Of a DNA stretch of 64,000 nucleotides, positions 26,509 to 38,794 are shown one piece after another (the stretch's first letter is position 1; each line of letters starts with the position of its first letter). The stretch is from Eledone cirrhosa (taxonomy: Eukaryota), in the NCBI GenBank assembly GCA_964016885.1, contig OZ024740.1, positions 344,596,001 through 344,660,000 of the forward strand. The letters run 5' to 3'. The position numbers and the translations under genes were made by a program. Below the pieces are notes generated by a model, which saw nothing but the letters and a program-made list of their open reading frames with translations, was not told the origin of the DNA and searched no databases.

Positions 26509-27063
26509 TGACATCGTTTAAACTAAACATTTTGAGAGAGATTAGAGATACAACGGCAATAATAATATCTTTTGGTAGCTATTGGTAGCTATCTCCTTTC
26601 TAGGCACTACCACTACCTTCCCTCTCCAGGAGGTAGTGAGGGAATAGTGGTGCTAGCGATGATAGAGTGGTGACGGTGGTGATGGGTTAGTTGCACTGTA
26701 ATGATGGTGTTGTTGCTGTTGTTGGTTTGTTACTAGCTAAATTTTTGGGTAGTGGTGTTGGTGGTGAAATTATTTGGCTGATGTTTTCTTCCATTTGTGA
26801 CCATTTGTAACCATTTTTTTTTTACTATAAAATTTCTTATACAAAATTAAATATTTGAGCCAATGCCAGAGTGTGATGTTATGTCACTTCCTGAGAGTAG
26901 GACTCGTGCCTTATGTCCCATTTGTAATAAGAATTATTCTATCACAATTGTTTTAAATATGTAAAAAATCAAAAATTTCCGGGAGTGATTCCACAACACT
27001 CTTTCCACCATTTGCGTATTCTTTCCTTGTGGCCAATAAAGAAATCATTATTATTATTATTAT

Positions 27064-30000
27064 CAATCTGTTCGGACGCTTTTTGCTCGCTCCCAATAAG
27101 TCGCTTTATTTGCCTGTTAAAATTATTTGTTGTTAAATATTTCTTTTTGTGTAAGGGATATAAGCCCTTAGACTTTTCAATGTGAAGGGTGAAAGTATAA
27201 TATTTGGGCCTTTTGGCCCAAATATTTGAACATTTTACTTTAAAAAAATTGTTTAAAAAAAAACATAGCTGAGCCACACCTCCCAGCAATATGTCTGCTG
27301 TCGTCTGAAAACGGCGGAAAGGTTGAGAGGAGGGTTGCAAAAATTGTTACAACAGACACCATCACAAACAACGTGAACATAGGTAACATTGAGAACACTA
27401 ATTTTGAAAAAAATACCTCACCAACTACAACAATAACAGCGTCAACCAAAATATAGACAACAGAAAAAATGACAACAAATGCAACAACGATATTAACACC
27501 ACTAACAAGAAAATAAACAACGACAACATCAAGAGCAACAATACAAATTGCACCGAAAACAACAACAACGGTGGCACCAAAAACACAACCAACAACAACA
27601 GTCATAACAGCAACAACACCAACAACACGGTTTGTAGCAGTAGCAACAGCACCAACAACAAGACCAGTAGCGGCAGCAATAATGATGCCGCGGAAAAAGG
27701 GGCCACTTCTTTCGCAGGTGTGGCCCGAAATATAGAAACAGTGCTAGTCACGGAGGAGGAGATGGCAGTTGCAAGAGCCATGGTGTCGAGAAACGACAAT
27801 AGAGTTTCCCTGAAACCTCCACCCGATTTCTTCAAAGACCAGCAACTGCGCACGGTGACTTACGGAAAATGTCACATCAGGTGTAGAGAGCCACGGAGAC
27901 TTAAATCTAATAGGCCTTGGTGTGCGTCTGGCCACGCAACACCCACATCACCCGAGGCAAAAAGTACGCCACAGTAGACGTACTTTTCCCCACCCCCAAG
28001 AGCAAAGTCTCAATCTTTGGAAACCCTAAAGAGTGAGGAGATAGTATTGGTGCCCTCCTACTGCGGGCAGAAAATTGTGAGTGTCAAAGTGACCCAGGTC
28101 CCACCCGACATGCGCATACCTTGGCTGGCCGCGTCTGTACTGGCTGGAGTCGAATAGAAGACCACCATACGGCAAATACAGAGAATGGGAAGAGAGAACT
28201 GGTGAGGAATAGGCATCCAAATGCTAATACAGACTGACCAGGAGAGCATCGAGGGCATCCCAGACATCATAGACCTCGAAGAAGGGCTCCAACTCCCTAT
28301 AAGCGTAGAAGGAAGGCGCCCAAAGTGCTATCTCTGTGGGCAGAAGTGTCACCTCAGGGCCTTCTGCCTGCAGAAGACATCCAAGAAGAGACCCCCCCCC
28401 CTCTTCCGACGCCTGATCCGCTGCTACCAAGAGCAGGGCAGGAAACAGAGGCAGAAGACCCTTCCATTGTGAGTAGGATGGCAACGTCCGTGGCACCCAT
28501 ACCAAGGCCACGGTCAACTAAAACAGTTGCAGTAACTACGCCGGCGGAAAAATCGCCGGATCGGGCTCCACTACCACCACCAATAGCAGTGGAGCTCATG
28601 CCCCTTCCGAACGCCGTGGGGTTCGACATGGAGTGTGAGGCGGGAGGGAAGTGGCAAACGGTCTGCCACAAAAAAAACAAAAAAGAAAAAAAACCCTTAG
28701 CTTCATCCTCCAAAAGCGAAGGCACAGAGGGGAAAGGCTGCAAGAAGTCTTGCAACAACACCACCACCATCACTATCACCACCACAAGCATCACCACCAA
28801 CAACAACCACACCACCACCAGCATCACGAAAAACACCAACATCGCAAACGCAATAATACACACACACCCAACACCAACAAGAAAACAGCAACAAAATCGC
28901 CCCTCTCCAAAAAAAGTAACAGCCATAAACATGGCTAATAAAGGAATCCTACAACACATAAAGCAGCACACAGGCATCACAAAAATAGCTACTACACCCC
29001 ACCAACACTACTACTCCCGACAAACATAAGCGTCATTGAAATATCAATGGAACATTACAAACTTCAGAGGCTCGATTACCAAGAGGATATACACAGAAAT
29101 CATCTTTGAAACACCCATGACCAACCAAAGGGACGGTTCTACTGTCCCTTCACCACAATATCAAGGTAAGTGATCCTTTCTCACTTACCCCGTTTCTCAT
29201 CCAACATGGCCGTACTTAGAATAGGCAGTATAAATGTACGTGGCCTGGGGTCATGTTGGAAAAAGGGTCACCTGCTCAACGACCTCAAGTTACTAAACAT
29301 AGATGTGTGGCCATCAGCGAGACCAGAATCTCCGAAGCACGAGCCTTCGCACCGATCTTCGGTGGCCAAGATGTATACGCATCTCCGAGCCGTCCAGGAT
29401 TGGGGGAGGGGTTGCCGTGCTTTTTCGGAGAGGCTTGCATCTCGCCATACGGGCCATCTTCCTGGACCAGAAGATAAGTCGGTGGTGTTGGACGTGACCG
29501 GCAGCGAAGGCAAACCGTTCAGGCTAGTAGGCGTCTACGCCCCAACTGGAGCAGGATGGCCAAATTTCTTCAGACGTCTAGAGACCTTTCTTGGAACGTC
29601 CCGCTCTTTAATGTTAGTGGGCGACTGGAACGGTATCTGAGATGCACGCTGGGATTATGTTGGGCTAGTAGACAGCGCAGAAGGGTGTAAAAGCCTGAAC
29701 AAGCTGCTCAGACGTTTTGAACTGTCTGACAGCTATAGACTGGATTATCCGAATGAAGCCAATGTGAACATGGGAAAACCGCATCGGGTCGTCCAGATCG
29801 TATTCAGATAGGGTATTTTGTAGGGAAACATATAAGACTAGTGTAGGTTGTCCACAATTTAAAGTAGTCGATTACACGGACCACAAATTTGTGATCTGTG
29901 AAGTTGACTTAGATAGACTCCAGAGGCAATTGCCTGGCTACTGGAAGCTGAACGCGTCGTTCCCAGCGCGCAAAGCTTACAGAGACCGGATTATCGAATT

Positions 30001-32905
30001 AGTTAGTTAAGCGTGCGTTGACGGGTGCGATTGTCAACAACAGGTGGTGGTTTACCCTGAAAAGGTCTATTAGAGTAGAATCGATAAGGTTTAGCAAAAG
30101 AGTAATGAAAGAGGGAAATCGAGTAGAGGGAGAGTTAGTTAGAAAGCTAGAAGAGGCGTTTAGGACAGGCATCGCAACCGACGTGCTTGCGGCGAGATTG
30201 GCACTCGACTAATTCTTCAACGCAAAGCATGAAGGCTGCGTTGTCAGAGCTAGAACGCGTGCTCTAAGATACGAGGGGACGAAAACCGTTCAATGGGCCC
30301 GGGTGGTGGTGTCGTGACGTGGAAACAAGTCCACAATTTGGTCTTTGCCTGATGAAAACGGGCGCATGTTGCTCGAACCCGAGCAGATGTGTGCGGCTTT
30401 TCAACAGCACTTTGCTCAATAGTTCGGGAGCGGAAGCGGGCCGGATCGGAGTATGGATTTCAGTGCTTATCTCGACGGACTGCCGCGGCTATCGACGACC
30501 AGAGCGCAGTGCTGCGAAAAGCCGATAACAGCAGGTGAAATACGGGGCGCGATGTCTGACTGCACGAGGTGTAAATCGCCAGGTTTGGTTGGTCTGCACT
30601 ACCAGCTTTATGATTATATGCCAGGCTTGTTCGGCGACCTCTTGGCAGATGTCTACTCCAACTGGCAGCAGAACGGGAGCATTCCCAGTTTTGTGAGCCG
30701 GGGAGCGGTGGCGCTGCTGAGAAAAGACCCGAACAAGGGGGACGTTATAGACAACTTCAGGCCCATAACTCTGCTAAATGCAGAGTTTAAGATTTTGGCC
30801 AAGGTGTTAGTAAAGAGATTGGCGCTTGTCGTCGGTGATCTGGTGGGAGAGGCGCAGATATGCGCCATCCCGGACAGATCCATCCAGGACAATCTCTATC
30901 TCATGCGATACATCATAGAGAAGGTCGTTAAGGAACCTGGCACGGATGGGGTCCTGATCAACTTGGATCAATCTAAAGAATTCGATAAGGTAGACCATCA
31001 GTACCTGGCTGTGGTCCTCGAGGCGGCCGGCTTCGGGTCCGTTTTTAGGGCTGGATCGCTGAGATGCACAGTGACATCTGCTCGATTGTGAAGGTGAATG
31101 GTCTCAGCCTTTCAGCATCATGCGCTCGGTCTGCCTGGGTTGTCCCCCCTCGTCCCTCTTGTACGTATTGGCTCTCGAGCCCTTACTGCACAGACTGGAG
31201 GCGATGAGGGGCGTCCCACGCGAACTAGGATGCGGGAAATCCTAGTCGGCTTACGCTGACAATTTCACCGTGGTGGTGTCGAGCACCAGACACGGCAGAT
31301 GCTTAGCACCGCTCTCAATTAATACCAAGTGGTGACAGGAGCAAAGATAAACCAGGAAAAGTCGGTGGGCTTGCAGCTCGTGACCTGGAGAGGCAAGTCC
31401 ATGTTGTCCGACAACATCGTGGGACATTGGACGGACGGACAGGTTAAATTGCTCGGGGTCTGGTAGGGACCGGACCTCCAGATGGAGAAAAACTGGAGTG
31501 AGGTCACGAGGAATGTGGCCTCCCTCACCCAGAAATGGGCCGAGAGGAAGCTGTCCCTGAAAGGCCGGGTGGAGGTGGCGAATGCGTACATCGCATCCGT
31601 CATCTGCCAACGCCTCACCGTGGTCCCTTGCCCCGGCCCAACTCTCACCAAAATGGAGCGCCTCCTCTTCCGCTTTTTGTGGAAGGGACGCGCTCCCATT
31701 ACGGACGATCCTATCTGCTGTCAAACCCGTTGCGTGGAGGACTGGGCATGCCATGGCTGATGATGCACAAACATGCGCTGAGGTTGCGTCATCTCTGCTG
31801 CTTCCTTGACGGTGAAGAGGTGTGGTCGCTGTTCGCCAGGCATGTTTTCCCACAGCTCGTCTCCTTGACGGAGCTGCAGTTCTGGGTCAGGAAAAGACCG
31901 AGGGATAGCGCCTCGAAACTGGAATGCCTCCAGGCGCTCACTGCCCTCTGCCAGCTGGGCACCTGTATGGGTGGAACATCCACCTCGACGTTCTGTAGAG
32001 GACTAGTGCAGGGGAACTGCGACGACGTTAGCGGAGAGATCCTGGGCGTCGAAGAAGAACAGCTGTTTGGTCTCTTCCGGAGAACTTTCAGCCCAGGGTC
32101 TATGGATATCTTCCAGAAATCCCTGGCCTGGCAGTGCTACCGAGGAACTTTGCCAGTTCGGGATATTTTTCTACAGACATGGAGGTGCCATCCGCCGAGC
32201 CTGTCCGAGATGCGCGCAGAGCGACGAAACCGTCGTGCACGCACTTGTCCAGTGACCGAGCATTGCTCACTTGTGGAGCTATGTCGAACAGTTGGTGTCG
32301 CGTGTAGGACTGATCCGGTTATCAACTAAGTCCATTGTGCAGATGGTCTCGCCGTCTTCTTCGAGGAGGAAGGGCAGGCGGTTTTCATCTGCCTGGTGGC
32401 CATTGCGAAAGAGATGGTGTGGTGGACAAGGTTGAAAGGGTTAAAGACAGCCAATCACTAATTAACTTTTTCAAGTTTCACTTGAAGAGGACAATCAGGG
32501 TGGAGAGGCAAGTGCTGCCTTCTAGCAAGTTTGTTGAAAGGTGGGTGAATGTAGCGAGAATGGTCAGCGTGAACGGTACCGCTCTGAATATGCGCCTGTA
32601 GTTTGAAAAATGGAAAAATTGAGAGAGGGCGCTTTCCCTGGTTGTCAGGGTGGCCGTGGTCTTTTGTGTGGTTTTCGCCACAAGTAACCCTCGGAGGTTT
32701 CCCCCCAATTGTGGAATTTTTGATTGTTTCAATTTTCATTTTTACTGTTTATATATATATATATATATTTCTATGTCTTTTTTTTTTCTTATATAAATAA
32801 TAAAAATCTTTAAACGCACAAAACCCACGTCGTACCGTCCTGTACCGTCTTCTGCCGTCTGTAATGTTTTTCTTGATGTCAGCCCTTGTGGCCAATAAAG
32901 AAATC
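27064..32905 (+). mobile_element. Tx1-clade LINE, family A, copy A (decayed ORF1 and ORF2)
   Basis: Thr-rich ORF1 with knuckle CYLCGQKCHLRAFC. ORF2 APE domain (IGSINVRG, VYAP, GDWN), RT (NFRPITLLN) and C-terminal CPRC..H. AATAAA followed by (ATT)n tail. Confidence 0.9.
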
Positions 32906-32909
32906 ATTG

Positions 32910-32986
<77 letters not shown>

Positions 32987-35900
32987 GGCGACCTACGTAG
33001 GAAATCGTATTATCGTGAGCTCCGCAAAGGTTTGTTGTTTTCAGTTGTTTAACATTGCCATTTATGGAGACATTTTATTGTCAACTGTATATAGCCCAAA
33101 ATTTAAACTTTTATAATTATCAAATAAAAATTTTATTTGAAAAAATCATGGATGACTCAGATTCACACCTTCCTCACAAACTAACACCTCACATCGACAC
33201 CACCATTGTAAATATTACTACGTTTGCCAACACTAACAATATAAGCAGTAGCGATATTTTAAATTTGTCTCAGGCAGACATTCATTTCCCGCCATTACCA
33301 ATGACTGCAGGTGTTAAAGCCGCCACCCCCACCACCACCACAGCGACAACAGAAACAAAAGAAAAAATTAAATTAACTCGTGATATCGAAATGAATTCAA
33401 CCAAAATGAACTCTTCCACACCGAACACCACTGACGCCACCAACACCACAACTGAAACTAAAATTAACAATAACAAAAATAACGATAACAACAACAGCAA
33501 CAATGAAATTAAGAAAACCAGCCTGAGTTTTGCCAGAGTAGCAACACAGTGCGAAGCATTCCAGGTAACTCAGGAGGAAATAGAAGAAGCCAAAAAAATG
33601 GTAAAGAAAGATGAGTACAGGGTCAATCCCCCTCCCCCACCTAATAAAATGGAGCATCGGCGCTAATGCACCGTGTCTTATCGGACGATTAACATAAAAT
33701 CGCGCCGAGTGGAACGGGCATCCGAGTCCCAAATCCAAAAAGCTTTGGGACATGTGTGGGCAAAAAATCCAACATCAGACGTGGGCAGAAATATGGAACC
33801 GTGGACGTGTTCTTTGAAACACCACAGGAGGCCAGAGAACACACCATGACCCCATTAAGAAGTGACGACTTCACACTCGTCCCAAGCTATTGTGGCCAGA
33901 GACTCGTGAAGATCAGGTTGACCCACGTTCCACCGGCCATCGAAATTCCCTGGCTAATAGCTGCCGTCCTCGCCGGCATCGAAGCCAACACCAAGATAAT
34001 CGAAATAGCGAAAGAAAAGCAGGAGAACTGGTCCGGATCTGGGATGGAGCTCCTGATCCAAGCGGACCAAAAAAGCATTAAGGAGATCCCAGAGGTAATA
34101 GACCTCACTGACCGCAGCCACCTCACCGTAATCGTCGAGGGAAGAAGACCTAGGTGTGTCGTTTGTGGTGAAGGAACCCACCTAAGGGCTGGCTGCCCTC
34201 AGGCTAAAAGGTTGAGGCCACCTCTCTTACCCACCCCAGTGACTCAACCATCAACACCACCAGCAACAGAGATGGCAGCAACAACTGTAGCAGCAACAAC
34301 AGAAGCAACTGTAACAGCAACAAACCCAGCAACAGTAGCAAAACCAACACCACCACCACCCAACGCACCAGAACTAGCACCAGTGCCTACACCATCCACC
34401 ACGCCACAACCAAAACCAACGCCTGTGGAGGATTTTCCACTGCCCGGCCTATCACAACTGGAGACATATTGTGACGACGAGGAGTGAGAAACCGTATCAG
34501 GAAAAAAAAGAAAAAAAAAAAAGAAACCAAAAAAGCAAGAATTCTCTTCCATCCCCATCCAAAACAAAATACAGAGGGAAACAAATAAAGTATCAAACAA
34601 AAAAGTTAGGACAGATATGCCACCATCCACACCAGCATCACCAACCCCATCACGACAAACACCAACACCACCATCGCCATCATTAACCCCAACACCACCA
34701 TCACCAACACCAGAAAAGTCACCAAAATGCCAAACAGAAACAAACCCACAACAAACGCAAACAAAACAAAACAACCAAAATGATACACACTACACAGCAT
34801 TAAATTTGAACAACAACCAATTATTACACTACATCCAACACATCACCATCATCACAGAAAAAGACTACACAACACCCCAAAAGTTCACACCACCTCCACA
34901 CATACAAATCACACGCATCACACAGAAAACGTACACGATACTAAAACAAAAATTCTGAAAAGTACTCTCCAGGAGGATTTATAAGGACATCCTTCTGGAG
35001 GAGGCCACAAGCAGTGAAAAGGATGGAGAAACCATCCTTCCTCTGCGAGAAGTAAGGTAAGTGGTCTTTCCCATCTTTTGCACTCCATTTCAACATGATC
35101 TCACTCAGAATAGGCAGCATAAATGCGCGTGGCTTGGGGTCGTCATGGAAGCAGGCCACCTGCTCAACAACCTCAGGTCACTAAACATAGATGTAGTGGC
35201 CATCAGCGAGACCAGATTCTCCGAAGCACGGGTCTTCGCACTGATCTTCGGAGGCTACGATGTGTACGCATCTCCCAGCCGTCCTGGATCGGGGGGGGGG
35301 GGAGTTGCTGTGATTTTTCGGAGATGTTTGGATCTCGCCATACGGGCCACCTTCCTGGACCCAGACGATAAGTTGGTGGTGCTGGACTTGACCAGCGGAG
35401 ACGGGCAAGCTTTCTAGCTAGTGGCCGTCTATGCACCGACAGGAGCAGGACGGCCTGATTTCTTCCGGCGTCTAGAGACCTTTCTTGGAATAGTCCCGCT
35501 TTTTAGTGCGACTGGAACGGGAACTTAGATGCACGCTGGGACTGTGTGTGATTAGCGGATAGGGGAGGAGGGTGCAAGAGGCTCACCAACCTGCTCAGGC
35601 GTTTTGAACTGTCTGACAGATACCGATTGGATTTCCCGAATGTACCAATGTGGACTTGAACAAATCGCATAGGGTCATCCAGATCATATCTAGATAGAGT
35701 ATTTTGTAGGGAAATAGATAGGTCTGTCATAGGTTGTCCACAATTCAAGATAGTCAGCTACACGGACCACAAATTCGTGATCTGTGTGCTTGACTTAGAT
35801 AGGCTTCATAGACGAGGACCCGGCTACTGGAAGCTAAACGCGTCTTTACCAGCGCGCAAGGCCTACAGAGACCGGATTAGCGAACTAGTTAAGCGGGCGT

Positions 35901-38750
35901 TGACGGGGGCCATCGTCAACAACAAGTGGTGGTTTGCTCTGAAAAGAGCGATTGAATAATGTCCATTAGGTTTAGTAAGGATTTAGCAATAGAGACAAAT
36001 AGAGCAGAGGGAGAACTAGTTAGCAAATTAAACGAGGCGCTTCGCAAAGGCATCGCGACCGACCTACTTGCGGCGAAATTGACCCTTGACGAATTCTTCA
36101 ATGCAAAGCACGAAGGCTGCGTTGTCAGAGCTAGAGTGCATGCTCTCAGACAAGAGGGGACGAAAGCCGTTCAATGGGCCCGAGTGGCGGAGGCGCGACG
36201 TGGCAACAAACCACGATCCGGTCTTTGGTGGACCACGACGGGCGCATGCTACTCGATCCCGGGCAAATGTGTGAAGCTTTCCAGCGACACTTCGCCCAGC
36301 TGTTCGGGCGCAGCGGCGGGCCGGATCGAGGGATGGACTTTAGTGTCAACCTCGACGGAATGCCGCGGCTCTCGGCCACTGAAGCGGAGTGTTGCAAATA
36401 GCAGATAACAGCCGCTGAAGTACGGGAGGCAATGACAGGCTGCACAAGGGGTAAATCGCCTGGTTTGGATGGTCTGCCCTATGAACTTTACGTACAGATG
36501 CCAGACTTTTTCGGAGGCCTCTTGGCGGACATCTACTGCAACTGGCAACAGAATGGGAGAATTCCCAGCTCTGTGAGTCGAGGAGCTGTGGCGCTGCTGA
36601 GAAAGGATCCGAACAAGGGGGATAACATAGATAATTTCAGGCCCATAACTCTGCTAAACACAGGGTTCAAGATTTTGACCAAGGTGCTAGCAAAGAGGTT
36701 GGCGCTTGTCGTTGCTGGTCTGCTGGGATAGGCGCAGACGTGCGCCATTCCCGACAGATCCATCCACGACAAACTCCACCTCATGCGATACATCGTAGAG
36801 AGGGTAGCTAGGGAACCTTGCACGGATGGGTCCTTGGTCAATTTAGAGCAGTCGAAAGCTTTCGATAGGGTCGATCATCGTTACCTAGCGGCAATCATGA
36901 GGGCGGCTGGCTTTGGGCCCGTCTTCAGAGGCTGGATCGCTGCCATGCACAGCGACATCTGCTCTGTGGTGAGAGTGAACGGTCACCTTTCGGAACCGTT
37001 CAACATCATGCGCTCGGTCCGCCAAGGATGTCCCCTCTCGTCCCTCTTGTACGTATTGACTCTCGAGCCATTACTGCCCAAACTGGAGACGTTGAGGGTG
37101 GGGGGAACTAGGATGCGGAAGGTCCGTGTCAGCATATGCGGACGATGTCACCGTAGTGGTGTCGAACCCCAAACATATCGAGGCGATCGGCACTACACTA
37201 AGAGAATACGAAGCGGTGACAGGAGCAATGATCGACCAGGAAAAGTCAGTGGGCCTGCAGCTCGGCACCTGGAGAGGCAGGTCCATGCCGTCCAACAGCG
37301 TCGTCGGTCGCTGGACGGACGGTCCGGTTAAATTGCTCGGGGTCTGATTCGGTCCGGACCTCCAGACGGACAAAAACTGGGACGAGGTGACGAGCAGGGT
37401 GGCTTCTCTCTCCCAGAAATGGGCGGAGAGGAAGCTATCCCTGAAAGGTCGAGCGGAGGTGGCTAACGCGTACATCGCGTCCGTCATCTACTACCGCTTG
37501 ACCGTCGTACCTTGTCCTAAGCCTCGCCTGACTGCGCTGGGGTGTTTGCTCTTTCGCTTTTTGTGGAAGGGACACTCTCCGATGGTCAGGCGGTCCATTT
37601 GCTTTCATAACCCGCTACGTGGAGGGCTGGGCATGCCGTGGTTGATGATGCGCAGACATGCGCTCAGGCTACGACATATCCACCTCTTCCTCGACGGTGA
37701 ACAGGTGTGGTCGCCGTTTGCTAGACGCTTCTTTCCCCATTCGTCTCCTTGACGGAGCTGCAGTCCTGGGGTCAAGCGAAGACGGAGAGGGAGCGCTTGG
37801 AGACAGGAATGTCTTCAGGCGCTCACAGCCCTCGACCAATCGGGCAATGTGATCGGTGGAAACTCCACATTGGCGTTCTATAGAGGATTAGTGGAGGGGA
37901 AGAGCGATGCCGTACTTGGAGAAACTCTAGGCGTCGACGAAAATCAACTAGACAACCTCTTCGGAAGAACTTTCGGGCCAGGGCCTATGGACAACTTCCA
38001 GAAATCCGTGGCCTAGCAGTGCTACCGAGGAGCTTTGCCAGTTCGGGATAAACTCTATTGGCATGGAGGTGCCGTCAACCGGGCATATCCGAGATGCGCA
38101 GAGGGCGAAGAAACCGTCCTGCACGCACTCGTCCAGTGTCCGAGTATTGCTGACTTGTGGGTTTATGTCGAACACCTGCTGTCACGTGTAGGACGGATCC
38201 AGCTATCATCTGAGTCCATCGTGAGGATTGCCCCACCCTCTTCCTTTAGCCGGGAAGGGCATGCAATTTTTATGTCTGGTGGCCATGACGAAAGAGATAG
38301 TATGATGGACACGTTTGAAAGGGCTGAAGACGAGCACTTACCTCTTCGGTGATGCCCTGATAATCTTTATCAAATTTCATTTGAAAAGGAAAATCAGGGT
38401 AGAGAGGGGAGTGCTCTCTTCCCAGCATTTTGTTGAAAGATGGGTGAGAGAAGCAAGTATGGCCCGAGTGAATGGGCCTACGCTGAGTATGTGTCTGTAA
38501 ATTAAAGGTGGAAAACTGGGAGAGGGCACTTGCCCTGGTGGTCAGGGTCACTGTGGCCTTTTAATAGGCTTTCTCCACAAATGTCCCTCCGAAGTCTCCC
38601 ACCTATTGGGAAATTTTTCATTGTTATTTTTTTGTTACATCCTCTGTTTTTGTTTTTTTTACACGCAGAAATGCCCATTGTACCGTCCTGTATTGTCCTG
38701 CACTGTCCTTAATGTCTACTTTATGTAAACCCTTGTGGTTAATAAAGAAA

Positions 38751-38752
<2 letters not shown>
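32987..38752 (+). mobile_element. Tx1-clade LINE, family B, copy B1
   Basis: Starts GGCGACCTACG right after (ATT)n. ORF1 knuckle CVVCGEGTHLRAGC. ORF2 SKAFDRV, RQGCPLS, YADD. Multiple stops. (ATT)14 tail. Confidence 0.92.

Positions 38753-38794
<42 letters not shown>

Noticed and set aside
26050-26830. Thr-rich minus-strand low-complexity stretch resembling a Tx1 ORF1 start
   Set aside because: Only compositional similarity and no conserved motif seen.
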